A stretch of 64,000 nucleotides of DNA. Origin: Geopsychrobacteraceae bacterium. Lineage in GTDB: Bacteria > Desulfobacterota > Desulfuromonadia > Desulfuromonadales > Geopsychrobacteraceae. Each line of letters opens with the position of its first letter. The first letter of the stretch is position 1. The stretch is from NCBI GenBank assembly GCA_963662315.1, contig OY759353.1:2528001-2592000 (forward strand), given 5' to 3'. Below are positions 10,125-20,154 of the stretch, in pieces. Below the pieces are notes generated by a model. The model saw only the letters and a list, made by a program, of their open reading frames with translations. It ran no database searches and was not told where the DNA came from. The translations under genes were made by a program, and so were the position numbers.

Positions 10125-11182
10125 TGGCTCGTCAAGTTCGCGTTCTGATTGTCGATGATTCGGCCCTGGTGCGAAATATTCTGAGCCAGGGGCTGGCAAT
10201 GGACCCGGGTATCGAGGTTGTGGGTACCGCCTCGGACCCGTACATCGCGCGGGACAAAATTGTTGAGCTGCAACCCGATGTTCTTACCCTGGATGTTGAG
10301 ATGCCACGCATGGATGGTGTTGCGTTCTTGCGTAAACTGATGCCACAGTACCCGATTCCAGTTGTCATGGTCAGTTCGCTGACCCAACGTGGTAAGCAGA
10401 TTACCATGGAAGCTCTTGATGCCGGTGCTGTAGATTTTGTTGCCAAACCGACCAGCAATGTTTCGGCAGGGCTCAATGCCATGTTGCTTGAGCTCAGGTC
10501 GAAGGTCAAAATTGCATCGACCGCTAACGTCTCACACTGGAAAGGAAAACGCCCGGTGGCACCAGTATTCGCAACCTCAATCAGCTCATCTGCTCTGGCT
10601 GAATCAACGGATAAAGTCATTGCCATTGGCGCTTCAACCGGGGGCACCGAGGCGATTCGTCGCGTAATTGAAAATTTTCCGGCATCAACCCCCGGAACCG
10701 TTATCGTCCAGCATATGCCGAGCGGTTTTACCAAAATGTTTGCTGATCGTCTTAATCAGCTGTGCCAGATGCAGGTCAAAGAAGCGGAGCACGGTGACCG
10801 TGTCCGCACTGGACTGGTGCTCATTGCACCAGGGGGCAGACAACTGGAAGTTGTCCGTTCTGGTGGCTTCTACGAGGTACGTCTAGGTAACAGTGACAAA
10901 GTCAGCGGCCATTGCCCGTCAGTTGATGTCATGATGCACTCAGTCGCTAAACACGTTGGAGCGAACGCCATTGGAGCCATGCTTACCGGTATGGGCCAGG
11001 ATGGCGCCGATGGTATGTTGGCCATGCGCCAGGCCGGTGCCCATTGTATTGCCCAAGATGAAGCATCTTCAGTTGTTTTCGGAATGCCGAAGGTTGCCTT
11101 TGAAAAGGGTGGAGCAGAGCGCCTGGTACCATTGGATAAAATCGCGACATCGTTACTTAACTTACTCACGGAGAAGAGATAA
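10124..11182 (+). CDS. cheB: Chemotaxis methylesterase CheB
   Basis: N-terminal REC (LDVEMP), GASTGG, QHMP, PSVD, LTGMGQDG, AQDEASSVVFGMP. Confidence 0.95.
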   Translation: MARQVRVLIVDDSALVRNILSQGLAMDPGIEVVGTASDPYIARDKIVELQPDVLTLDVEMPRMDGVAFLRKLMPQYPIPVVMVSSLTQRGKQITMEALDAGAVDFVAKPTSNVSAGLNAMLLELRSKVKIASTANVSHWKGKRPVAPVFATSISSSALAESTDKVIAIGASTGGTEAIRRVIENFPASTPGTVIVQHMPSGFTKMFADRLNQLCQMQVKEAEHGDRVRTGLVLIAPGGRQLEVVRSGGFYEVRLGNSDKVSGHCPSVDVMMHSVAKHVGANAIGAMLTGMGQDGADGMLAMRQAGAHCIAQDEASSVVFGMPKVAFEKGGAERLVPLDKIATSLLNLLTEKR

Positions 11183-11671
11183 ATGGGGCAAGTTATACTT
11201 GGAGTTGGGGATTTCGGATCTTCAAACAGTCCTGGGGATGATGTTAAAACCTTCGCATTGGGATCATGCGTTGCGGTTATCTTCCTGGACCCAAAGACCC
11301 GGACAGTAGGCATGGCCCATGTGGCCCTGCCCGACTCATCAATCAATAAAGCCAAGGCCGCAGAAAAACCAGGCTATTTTGCAGATACCGCAATTCCGGC
11401 CCTGCTTGATCAGATGACTAAATTTGGATGCGACAAGCGCGGCAGAGGAATGGTTGTTAAACTTTGTGGTGGAGCAAATGTCATGGATACCAATGACACA
11501 TTCCAGATTGGTAAACGTAACGCACTTGCGATCAAGAAAATTCTCTGGTCATATGGCATGGGTGCGGTAGCTGAAGATCTGGGCGGCAATTTCAGCCGTA
11601 CCGTAGCGGCTTCGGTTTCGGCAGGCCAGATAACCCTCAGTTCACCCGGCAAGCCTAATTGGCAGCTATAG
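11183..11671 (+). CDS. cheD: Chemoreceptor glutamine deamidase CheD
   Basis: ALGSCVAV, GMAHVALP, GYFAD, KLCGGA, IGKRN, EDLGG. Confidence 0.92.
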   Translation: MGQVILGVGDFGSSNSPGDDVKTFALGSCVAVIFLDPKTRTVGMAHVALPDSSINKAKAAEKPGYFADTAIPALLDQMTKFGCDKRGRGMVVKLCGGANVMDTNDTFQIGKRNALAIKKILWSYGMGAVAEDLGGNFSRTVAASVSAGQITLSSPGKPNWQL

Positions 11672-11680
11672 GAGGAGGAC

Positions 11681-12562
11681 ATGGTTAAGCAATTAACACC
11701 TGAAGAGCTTCAGAAAATCGTTCGTTCAGTGCCGATGCTCTCGTCCAGTGCCAGTCAGCTACTGCATATTGCGGCAAAACCGGACCATGATCTGGTTGAA
11801 GTCATCAACCTGGTCAAGACTGACGCCAACCTTACCGCCCGGGTTCTTAAAATTGTGAATTCGGCTGCTTTTGCGCTGGTGAATAAAGTGACGTCTATTG
11901 ACCGCGCAGTTTCGTTCCTGGGGGAACGGATAATCGTCAGTGTCGCCATAGGGGACTGTGCCGGTAAACTTATGGAGCGTGAGCTCGCCGGTTACGCTGC
12001 CCAGAGGGGTTCTTTGTGGAAACATGATTTGCGTTCTGCCATTGCCGCTCGCGAGGTTGTTACCCAGAGCGGTGCTGAAATCAGTCCAGAACTAGCATTT
12101 ACTGCTGGTCTATTGCATGATATCGGTAAAGCGCTGATTTCTGATTATCTGGCCGGAACAGCTCCGGATGCTGTGAGCATGATCACTGCAGAAGACAGCT
12201 ATGATTACCTGGACGCAGAAAAGCAGCTGGTTGGCTTCAACCACACTCAGGCTGGCTTTGAACTGGCAAAAAGCTGGGAACTGCCCGACGAACTGGTTGC
12301 GGCAATTCGCTATCATCATGAACCGGATCAGGCTGCGCAGGAGTTTCGCGCCCTCGTCTATGCCGTCCACCTTGGTGATGTCATTGCCATGATGGGGGGC
12401 TTTGGAACCGGTTCCGACAGCATGCGCTACAAGCTTGATCAGGGCTACACCGAATATATAAAACTCAGTCCGAAAACTTTGCCCAGCATCATGCTGGCGG
12501 TCGATATGGAATTTGACAAACTCGAAGCGTCATTTAATGACTCGGGAGAAAATCACTCATGA
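11681..12562 (+). CDS. HDOD domain protein
   Basis: DANLTARVLKIVNSA, SIDRAVSFLG, AGLLHDIGK, W.LP..L...IRYHH. Confidence 0.9.
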   Translation: MVKQLTPEELQKIVRSVPMLSSSASQLLHIAAKPDHDLVEVINLVKTDANLTARVLKIVNSAAFALVNKVTSIDRAVSFLGERIIVSVAIGDCAGKLMERELAGYAAQRGSLWKHDLRSAIAAREVVTQSGAEISPELAFTAGLLHDIGKALISDYLAGTAPDAVSMITAEDSYDYLDAEKQLVGFNHTQAGFELAKSWELPDELVAAIRYHHEPDQAAQEFRALVYAVHLGDVIAMMGGFGTGSDSMRYKLDQGYTEYIKLSPKTLPSIMLAVDMEFDKLEASFNDSGENHS

Positions 12563-12930
12563 AACGAATTATAGTTGCGGATGATTCAGCCACCGCCCGA
12601 ATGTTTATCAAGCGCTGTTTGCAGATAATCGGTTTAGGGGATGCCGAAATCATTGAAGCTGAGCACGGAAAAGAAGCTCTGACAGCAGCCAAGGCCCAGC
12701 CGGTTGACTTGTTACTGACAGATCTGAACATGCCCGTTATGGATGGAGAGACCCTGGTCAAGTGGGTCAAGGCCAGTCCCAAACTTTGCGAGCTCCCCGT
12801 CATAGTCATAACCAGTGCAGGGAACCCGGCCAAGGAGGCCCAACTCCTTGCCCTTGGAGCCTACCGGGTTTTAAACAAACCGGTGTCTCCACCAATCATG
12901 ATGGACGCACTGGCAGATTTTCTCGATTAG
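12559..12930 (+). CDS. cheY: CheY-like response regulator
   Basis: Single REC domain: DD, TDLNMP, T, KP. Confidence 0.85.
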   Translation: MKRIIVADDSATARMFIKRCLQIIGLGDAEIIEAEHGKEALTAAKAQPVDLLLTDLNMPVMDGETLVKWVKASPKLCELPVIVITSAGNPAKEAQLLALGAYRVLNKPVSPPIMMDALADFLD

Positions 12931-12957
12931 CACCGCACTGACAAGGAGTTTACAATA

Positions 12958-13431
12958 ATGAAAGACAGCAAATTTTATCAGGCCATGATCAATGCCGTCA
13001 GCAAAACCCTGGAAAACATGATTTTCCTTGAAGCAATGGAGCATTTTGACCGCAGTTACGAGATTCCTAAAGACGAAGCGGTGTGGACATCACTGCTGAT
13101 TACTGATCCAGTTCAGGGTGAGTTGCGTTTGGTTATGAGCAAAGATACTTTGCAGAAGTTTACCGATAATGTCTTTGGCTTTGAGGTTGATGAAATTACC
13201 GACAAGCAAAGAGATGATATTCTTAACGAACTGCTTAACACCATCGCCGGACTGTTTATGACCAACCTCATGACAGCTGACGAAAAATATCAGCTGGGCC
13301 TACCAGAACTTGGCGAAGGTCCGGTCAGTCCACCGGATGCCGATACTATCGTCTGGAAACTGATGAGCAGTGAAGAAGATGCCATCTTTATTTATGCGAA
13401 TGGTGTCCCGCTGGTGGCACTGAACAAATAA
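12958..13431 (+). CDS. cheX: CheX-like phosphatase
   Basis: DILNELLNTIAG (E-x-x-N) motif and LGLP. Confidence 0.7.
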   Translation: MKDSKFYQAMINAVSKTLENMIFLEAMEHFDRSYEIPKDEAVWTSLLITDPVQGELRLVMSKDTLQKFTDNVFGFEVDEITDKQRDDILNELLNTIAGLFMTNLMTADEKYQLGLPELGEGPVSPPDADTIVWKLMSSEEDAIFIYANGVPLVALNK

Positions 13432-13476
13432 CCCAACTTACTTTCAACCGCTACAAAATGATAAAGGAGCCCCATC

Positions 13477-13848
13477 ATGGGTAAAACTGTTCTTATTGTT
13501 GATGATTCCAACACCATGCGCAAAATTGTTTCACGTGCGCTGCGTCAGGCCGGTATTGATTTCAGTACCATCCTTGAAGCCGCCGATGGGCAGGAAGCAC
13601 TCGATGTCCTTGCCAGCAACAATGTCGACGTAGTCCTGAGTGACATTAATATGCCCAACATGAATGGCCTTGAATTTCTCAAAGCAAAATCAGAAAATCC
13701 TGCCATCAAGAATATTCCAGTTGTCATGATCTCAACCGAAACAGGTGCAGATATTATTGATGAAGCAAAATCTTATGGCGCCAAAGGGGCCATCAAGAAA
13801 CCGTTTACGCCTGACCTGATCAACGAGACTTTGGGCGCCCTGCTCTAA
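13477..13848 (+). CDS. cheY: CheY-like response regulator
   Basis: VDDS, SDINMP, ST, KKPFTP. Confidence 0.9.
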   Translation: MGKTVLIVDDSNTMRKIVSRALRQAGIDFSTILEAADGQEALDVLASNNVDVVLSDINMPNMNGLEFLKAKSENPAIKNIPVVMISTETGADIIDEAKSYGAKGAIKKPFTPDLINETLGALL

Positions 13849-13925
13849 ACCGATAAAACTGTCCCCAAGTATTGCCTTTCTTCAGATGCAGTAGTTGGGG
13901 ACCTTTATTTTACGAGGAGATTCCT

Positions 13926-14387
13926 GTGACACACGCTCAACATCTCATTGACTCCACCCAGGAGATCTTTTCCAGCATGATCTTCCTTGAGGTCGCTCCT
14001 GGTGAACCATTTAAACGTACCAATGCCCCGCTTACGAACAGTATTTCTGGCATGATCGGCCTTGCTGGCACGATCAAAGGATCGTTGTCTATCCATCTTC
14101 CAAACAGTGCGGCACTTGCGGTCACTACAGCATTTCTTGGCATGGATGTTGAGGAAATTGACGAAGATGTCAAAGACGCTATTGGTGAACTTGCCAATAT
14201 GCTTGGTGGCAGCCTGAAGGCCGTTTTAGACCCTACTGGTAGTGGCATCAAACTGTCTATGCCGTCCACCGTTTACGGCGAAGAGTATTCCATTGACTGT
14301 CTAGCAGAAGCAGAGACCGTTGCCGTCCCATTTTCCTTTGATGGACAAACTTTCATTGTTGAGTTGCAACTCCGTATAGAAAGCTGA
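13926..14387 (+). CDS. cheX: CheX phosphatase
   Basis: SGMIGLAG, DAIGELANMLGG, LSMP; GTG start after gaggag RBS. Confidence 0.85.
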   Translation: MTHAQHLIDSTQEIFSSMIFLEVAPGEPFKRTNAPLTNSISGMIGLAGTIKGSLSIHLPNSAALAVTTAFLGMDVEEIDEDVKDAIGELANMLGGSLKAVLDPTGSGIKLSMPSTVYGEEYSIDCLAEAETVAVPFSFDGQTFIVELQLRIES

Positions 14388-14581
14388 CTCATATACGGAG
14401 TCTAAGAGCATCCTTCTGACAAAGCTGCCTTCTAGGACAAGACCCTGGTCTCCCGGCCGGGTAACTTGTCGGCCCCGCTTTTCAGACAGTACAGATACAT
14501 CCAGATCAGCCCCCTGGACACATACCATTAGTGTACCAAACTGGGTTCTGCATAAAATTTGCAACTTTCAGGAGCCTAACT

Positions 14582-15040
14582 GTGGAATTTGCTAAAAAAA
14601 TTACCGAAACAACCGAAGAGATCTTTAGCACCATGATCTTTATGGACATCACCCCCCAGGCTCAGTTAGAAGCAACAAAAGAGGTCCTTGGGTGTCATGT
14701 TTCGGCCATGATCGGCCTAACCGGTGGGTTTTCCGCAATGCTCGGAATTCATTGCCCGGAGGCTGTCGGACTGGCGATCACTGGTGAAATGCTGGGCATG
14801 GAAATCACACAGATCGATGCTGATGTTAAAGACGCTCTCGGGGAAATAGCCAACATGGTTGCCGGTGGTATCAAGGAGCGCTTCTGCGCTGAAAATGTCA
14901 GCCTTGAGCTGGCAATACCGACAGCTGTCTCAGGAAAATCCTACACGATCTCCGCGCCCTCAGGAAGCAACAGGGTTATTATTCCGTTTCAGGTTGAAGC
15001 GGGAACCTTTTTCATTGAACTGAAATACAATCTGAACTGA
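14582..15040 (+). CDS. cheX: CheX phosphatase (paralog of the preceding gene)
   Basis: SAMIGLTG, DALGEIANMVAG, LAIPT; GTG start after aggag RBS. Confidence 0.85.
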   Translation: MEFAKKITETTEEIFSTMIFMDITPQAQLEATKEVLGCHVSAMIGLTGGFSAMLGIHCPEAVGLAITGEMLGMEITQIDADVKDALGEIANMVAGGIKERFCAENVSLELAIPTAVSGKSYTISAPSGSNRVIIPFQVEAGTFFIELKYNLN

Positions 15041-15041
15041 T

Positions 15042-15071
15042 ACGTGTATTCAGATGACTCTGAATACACGT
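15042..15071. repeat. Perfect 13-bp inverted repeat between cheX and the next gene
   Basis: acgtgtattcaga-tgac-tctgaatacacgt; no U-tract. Confidence 0.7.
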
Positions 15072-15143
15072 CCGCAGTGCTTCGTGATATGATTTACGGA
15101 TCGTATTACTGGTAAACTGTCCGGTTGTGGATAAGAGGTCACT

Positions 15144-17060
15144 TTGGATCAACGCGCGATCATCAATGTTGTCTGTAAAGCAGCACTCAATAATCTGAGT
15201 AGCGAAATCAGCGCACTACTCGGCCATGACCTTGTCTGCTCAGGCATTAAGCTGGAATCAGCGACTAAAGAACAGCTGTTCAGCAACCCGGACCGTCCCA
15301 AAACCGCCCTGGCCCATATGACAGTCGGTGGGGAGCGTGAGGGGCTCAGTTACCTCTTCTGTCCGATGGCATCTGCTGCAATACTGGGTGGCACGCTCAT
15401 CATGCTCCCCGAAGACATGATTCATGAACATGTTGCAAAGGAACAGCTTGACGGAGAACTGAATGACGCTTTCGGTGAAGTTGCCAACATCATTGCCGGT
15501 GTCTTTACTCAGGCATTCGTTGATAAATACTCGAAAACCATTCGTTTTATCAAAAAGAATGTTGAACCGTTAATCCCAACCAAGGTGGATCCCGATAGCA
15601 ACGCTCCGTTCCCTCCTGGAAATTACTATGTAGCCGCCTGCCATATGGCCATGGGCGGTCAGGACTTAGGAACTCTGGAACTCATTGTTCCTCATGCTAT
15701 TTTTGATCTGGAAGAAGCCTCTCCCGAAGCGGTCCAACCACAACAATCAGCCCCTCAAAAAGCCCCGGCGCAAAACGCAACAGCGCCACAGAAACAGCCA
15801 GAGGCTGCCACTGCAGAAGCGACTCCAAATCAACCACCACTTTCTGACACGGCCTCAGCTCCAGAGGCAAAACCGAAAAAGAAACTGTCTTTTGCTGATC
15901 AGAAAAAACTGGTTGATGTCGTTTTTAAAACGACAATCTCCCAGATTGGCGAAGAAGTCGGTACACTCCTTGGCCAACCGCTAAAATGTGATGATGTGAA
16001 GCTAGTGTTGACGAGCAAAGCAGACTTCTTTTCACAGCATTGCCTTGAAAAATCAGTTGTCAGCCATATGAAAGTTACCGGCGACCAGCAGGGGCTCGGC
16101 TTCCTGATCGCTCAGGTTCCCGATTCAATCATCATGGGGGGAACTCTGATCATGCTCCCTGATGATCAAATTGAGGAACGCCAAAAAGCTGGCACCTTCG
16201 ATGGTGAAGTCGCTGACGCATACGGAGAAATTGCCAATATCATTTCGGGTAGTCTGACCCAGACTTTTCTTGATCGCTACCCACAGCAGATACGCTTTAT
16301 AAGAACCGATTCCGAGGTCATCACTCCAACCAAAATGGATCTGGATTCCGACCAGCCATTCCCGGAAGGAACCTATTACCTGGCGTCCTTCGATCTTCAC
16401 ATGGACGAGTTTGAACTCAACCGGATGTTCCTGATTTTCCCTGCGGACGTGTTTAACCTTGAAGATACCCTACCAGGACCCTCCAAGGCTGCCAGCCCAG
16501 CTGAAATACCCGCCCCCGGCGAATGGGGTGGTCCTCCAGCAGAAACTGCTGTGGCTAACGGACCAGCCCCAGGCGAATGGGGCGGACCACCTCTTCCCGT
16601 GGATCAGACAGGCACAACGGGTCAACAACCTGCGCCACATGCGGCGGCTCCCGCAGGCCAACCTCAAAACCTGTCCAAAGGGATAAATGGCGGCTCAGCG
16701 GTCCTCATCATAAGTGATCAACAAGACAATGCTGCGACCTTTGTTGATATTCTATCAGCAGCGGGATATCAATGCCAGGTACTGTCATTTCAGGACGACA
16801 TCAGAGATAAATTCCAGCAGTTTCAGGTTCAGGGAATTTTCCTTGTTATGAACCAAGTCGGTGAAAAAGGGTTTGCAGCAGCAATTAAGCTGCAGTCAGC
16901 CGGTCGACCGCTGCCACCGATCATCTTTGCCGGCCCGGATTGGACTCGCAGTGCCGTATTGCGGGCTGTCAAATATGGTGCCAAAGATATCTTACTGACA
17001 CCAGCCAGTGGTGAGGAAATTAAGGAAAAGATTAGCCAACATTTAAAAAAGGCCAGCTGA
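15144..17060 (+). CDS. Tandem CheC/FliY-like phosphatase domains plus degenerate C-terminal receiver domain
   Basis: Two homologous halves (GGTLIMLP...DA[FY]GE[VI]ANII...PTK.D.DS..PFP.G.YY), Pro/Ala/Gln linkers, REC-like C-terminus. Confidence 0.7.
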   Translation: MDQRAIINVVCKAALNNLSSEISALLGHDLVCSGIKLESATKEQLFSNPDRPKTALAHMTVGGEREGLSYLFCPMASAAILGGTLIMLPEDMIHEHVAKEQLDGELNDAFGEVANIIAGVFTQAFVDKYSKTIRFIKKNVEPLIPTKVDPDSNAPFPPGNYYVAACHMAMGGQDLGTLELIVPHAIFDLEEASPEAVQPQQSAPQKAPAQNATAPQKQPEAATAEATPNQPPLSDTASAPEAKPKKKLSFADQKKLVDVVFKTTISQIGEEVGTLLGQPLKCDDVKLVLTSKADFFSQHCLEKSVVSHMKVTGDQQGLGFLIAQVPDSIIMGGTLIMLPDDQIEERQKAGTFDGEVADAYGEIANIISGSLTQTFLDRYPQQIRFIRTDSEVITPTKMDLDSDQPFPEGTYYLASFDLHMDEFELNRMFLIFPADVFNLEDTLPGPSKAASPAEIPAPGEWGGPPAETAVANGPAPGEWGGPPLPVDQTGTTGQQPAPHAAAPAGQPQNLSKGINGGSAVLIISDQQDNAATFVDILSAAGYQCQVLSFQDDIRDKFQQFQVQGIFLVMNQVGEKGFAAAIKLQSAGRPLPPIIFAGPDWTRSAVLRAVKYGAKDILLTPASGEEIKEKISQHLKKAS

Positions 17061-17194
17061 AACTGATTTTTTTAAAATGTCAGGATCTCAGATTTGAAAT
17101 GTCTGATGTCACAGTCCGACAGCGTCCTAACCTGCAGGCTGTGAGATCTGAATGTGAAATTTAAGATAAAGAGGTCTTGGAATATTGGCAAAGC

Positions 17195-18220
17195 TCACGC
17201 TTCTAGACCTTTTTTCTTAATTTTTTCGATCAGAGTGGTGCGTTTGAGGTTCAATAGTCGCGCCGCTTCTTTCTTATTCCCCGCAGAGCGTTCCAGAGCT
17301 TCCAGAATCAGACGATCTTCAAAATCACTGATTAACTGATTGAAATCGACAATGCCTTCCGTCCATTGCACCTCGGGAGGATCAATAAGAATATTCCTCG
17401 TGGTCTCGGTTTCCACAAGAGCCTCAGTCTCAGACTCAGCAACTTCACAGCGATATTTTTCTGGCAGTTCCTTGATCGTCACCTTTTTACCACGGTGAAG
17501 AATAACCAGACGCTGAACCAGGTTCTCCAGCTCCCTGACATTGCCTGGCCAGTGATAGGCCTGCAGTGATTTAAGAGCAACGGACCCAAGGGTTGTCCGA
17601 CGATCCCCCTTACGCCGGCTGAAGCGATCAATAAAATTTTCAATCAGCAGACCAATATCGTCACGCCGCTCACGTAAGGCTGGAGCCTCCACCGGAATAA
17701 CTGCCAGCCGGTAGTAAAGGTCTTCCCGAAAACGCCCTTCGGCAACCAAACTTTCCAGATGCTGGTGGGTTGCGGCAATAACCCTGACATCGACCTTGAC
17801 AGGTTTGACCCCCCCGACCGGCTCAACTTCACGCTCCTGCAGAACCCGCAGCAACTTCGCCTGGAGCCCGGGCTTCATATCCCCAATTTCATCCAGAAAC
17901 AGGGTACCGCCATCAGCAAACTGGACACGTCCTATTTTGGACTGCTGGGCACCGGTAAAGGCCCCCTTGACATAACCGAATAATTCACTTTCAAGCAGCT
18001 CATCGGGTATGGCGGCACAATTGACCGGAACAAAGGCCGCTACATTACGTGGACTGTTCTCATGGATAGCCCTGGCGATCAGCTCTTTACCAGTACCACT
18101 TTCCCCCTGAATAAGGACTGTACTGTCCCCTTCTTCAGCAACACAGGCAATCAGCTCAAAAAGCTCCTGCATCTGAGAAGACTGCCCTATCATTCCGGAA
18201 AAAGCCTGTACCTGTGTCAT
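17195..18220 (-). CDS. Sigma54-dependent enhancer-binding protein (AAA+ and Fis HTH) with no N-terminal regulatory domain; FleQ/FlrA-like
   Basis: GESGTGKE, ESELFG, GAFTGA, LFLDEIG, FREDLYYRL, WPGNVRELEN, AARLLNLKRTTL. Confidence 0.88.
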   Translation of the reverse strand: MTQVQAFSGMIGQSSQMQELFELIACVAEEGDSTVLIQGESGTGKELIARAIHENSPRNVAAFVPVNCAAIPDELLESELFGYVKGAFTGAQQSKIGRVQFADGGTLFLDEIGDMKPGLQAKLLRVLQEREVEPVGGVKPVKVDVRVIAATHQHLESLVAEGRFREDLYYRLAVIPVEAPALRERRDDIGLLIENFIDRFSRRKGDRRTTLGSVALKSLQAYHWPGNVRELENLVQRLVILHRGKKVTIKELPEKYRCEVAESETEALVETETTRNILIDPPEVQWTEGIVDFNQLISDFEDRLILEALERSAGNKKEAARLLNLKRTTLIEKIKKKGLEA

Positions 18221-18274
18221 GAAACATCCTACTTTGGGTTATTGATAAATCCACAATGAGGTATAGATAATATA

Positions 18275-18371
18275 TTTTTTATAATGTGTCAATATTTAGA
18301 CACATTATAAAAAAGAATGAACAGTTTTTTAGTATTTTTTAAACCGGCCGACAGGAAGTCAGAGTTTTGAC
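18275..18371. promoter_or_regulatory. Palindromic operator candidates upstream of the sigma54 activator
   Basis: 16-bp-arm perfect inverted repeat 18275-18314 centred on GTCA-ATATTT-AGAC; second GTCA-GAGTTT-TGAC at 18358-18371. Confidence 0.55.
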
Positions 18372-18406
18372 TTGAAGCACATTGCTTTATCACGATTGGC
18401 TTTAAT

Positions 18407-18441
18407 AAAAAAGGATTGAGTTCTAAACCCAATCCTTTTTT
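18407..18441 (-). terminator. Rho-independent terminator downstream of ugd (bidirectional shape)
   Basis: aaaaaaggattg...caatcctttttt hairpin flanked by A and T tracts. Confidence 0.7.
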
Positions 18442-18507
18442 ACCTTAGTTACCAGCATTTAAGAGGCATGCGGACTTACGGCGGAAGTCGTGATTTCCAA
18501 ACGACAA

Positions 18508-19686
18508 CTAAAAATCACCGCCAAATAAGTCCCGCGTATACACCTTCTCCGCGACATCACGAATATCTTCAACCATGCGGTTGGCGATGATGACATCGCT
18601 AATTTGCTTAAACTCCTGTAGATCTTTGATCACTCTTGAATTAAAAAATTCATCGCCTTCAAGAACCGGTTCATAGACCACCACAGGAATCCCCTTGGCC
18701 TTTATCCGCTTCATAACACCCTGAATTGCCGAAGCACGGAAGTTGTCAGATCCAGCCTTCATGACCAGTCGATAGACTCCAACAGTTTTCGGTTTACGCT
18801 TGATGATGGCATCGGCGACAAAATCTTTACGCGTCCGGTTGGCATCAACAATAGCGCGAATCAGATTATTCGGAACCTCGTCATAATTGGCCAATAACTG
18901 CTTGGTATCCTTAGGTAAGCAATACCCGCCATAACCGAACGAAGGATTATTGTAATGACCGCCGATACGGGGATCAAGGCCAACCCCCTCGATAATCTGA
19001 CGAGGATCCAGCCCGTTGGTTTCAGCATAACTGTCAAGCTCGTTGAAAAAAGCCACCCGCATCGCCAGATAGGTATTGGCAAACAGCTTGATAGCTTCGG
19101 CCTCGGTTGATTCGGTCAACAGGACAGAAACATTCTCTTTAATCGCCCCCTGCTTGAGCAGATCAGCAAATACCAGGCCGCGCTCACTGCGTTCGCCGAC
19201 GATTATCCGCGAGGGGTGAAGGTTATCATACAATGCTTTCCCTTCACGCAGGAATTCAGGGGAGAAAATCAGCTGGGTTGTCTGCAAACGTTCCCGCAGT
19301 GACTGAGTGAAACCAACAGGAACCGTCGATTTAATGACCATGGTTGCTTCAGGGTTAACCCGCATAACATCAGCTATGACGGATTCAACGCTGGTGGTAT
19401 TAAAGTAGTTGGTTTCAGGATCGTAATCGGTCGGAGTCGCAATAATAACAAAGTCCGCCCCCCTGTAAGCATCCTCTTTATCCAGAGTTGCCCGCAGGTT
19501 CAATTGGTGTGTGGCCAAGTAATCTTCGAGCTCTGAATCAGCGATAGGCGACTTTTTATTATTGATCAGTTCCACCTTGAATTCGGCAATATCAAGCGCC
19601 ACAACTTCATTATGCTGCGCCAGGAGAACAGCATTGGACAAACCAACGTATCCGGTACCGGCAACTACAATTTTATAAGTTCTCAT
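18508..19686 (-). CDS. ugd: UDP-glucose 6-dehydrogenase
   Basis: [39 protein letters not shown]. Confidence 0.95.
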   Translation of the reverse strand: MRTYKIVVAGTGYVGLSNAVLLAQHNEVVALDIAEFKVELINNKKSPIADSELEDYLATHQLNLRATLDKEDAYRGADFVIIATPTDYDPETNYFNTTSVESVIADVMRVNPEATMVIKSTVPVGFTQSLRERLQTTQLIFSPEFLREGKALYDNLHPSRIIVGERSERGLVFADLLKQGAIKENVSVLLTESTEAEAIKLFANTYLAMRVAFFNELDSYAETNGLDPRQIIEGVGLDPRIGGHYNNPSFGYGGYCLPKDTKQLLANYDEVPNNLIRAIVDANRTRKDFVADAIIKRKPKTVGVYRLVMKAGSDNFRASAIQGVMKRIKAKGIPVVVYEPVLEGDEFFNSRVIKDLQEFKQISDVIIANRMVEDIRDVAEKVYTRDLFGGDF

Positions 19687-19708
19687 GTAAATATATCCTA
19701 TCCATAAT

Positions 19709-19738
19709 AAAAAACGGGAGAGCAGCAAAGCTCTCCCG
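19709..19738 (-). terminator. Terminator after the comEA-like gene
   Basis: cgggagagc/gctctcccg stem followed by a T6 tract on the minus strand. Confidence 0.75.
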
Positions 19739-19769
19739 CTCGAGTCTCCAAGGGGACAATAATAACCAA

Positions 19770-20051
19770 TTAGTTTTTGTTATCTACCGTCACCTGATCT
19801 TTAAATTTAGCCAGGGTCTTATCACCAATGCCTTTGACGTTAACCAATTCAGATACCGATTTAAACTTATGCTCTGCACGATAAGCAATAATTGCCTCTG
19901 CAGTCTTTTCGCCAACACCGCTTAATTGGGTCAATTCAGCAACCGTGGCAGTATTGATATTAACTTTTCCTGCAGCAAAAAGTGTTGCCGGCGCAACAGT
20001 CAGAAACGTCAGAAGCAGCAGAAAAACATACAGATTTTTCAATGTTTTCAT
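19770..20051 (-). CDS. ComEA-family helix-hairpin-helix DNA-binding protein
   Basis: Signal peptide; KVNINTA..EL..L.GVG.K.A..II.YR...F.SV.EL..VKGIG. Confidence 0.88.
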   Translation of the reverse strand: MKTLKNLYVFLLLLTFLTVAPATLFAAGKVNINTATVAELTQLSGVGEKTAEAIIAYRAEHKFKSVSELVNVKGIGDKTLAKFKDQVTVDNKN

Positions 20052-20154
20052 TTAAATCCCCCTTTGATGTAAAAACCAAACTGAGCCCCCTCAGAGATAA
20101 AATGAGAATAACAGATAATCTTCCAAGATCAAGGAATAAAAAGACTTTTCTGGC

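Noticed and set aside
14388..14581. c-di-GMP/cGAMP (GEMM) riboswitch between cheX genes
   Set aside because: A GC hairpin is present, but the GEMM GNRA tetraloop/receptor and GCAAAGCC-type core are not.
18221..18507. Duplicated tRNA-Ser 3' end delimiting the polysaccharide locus as an integrated island
   Set aside because: No copy of the tRNA-Ser end and no integrase were seen.
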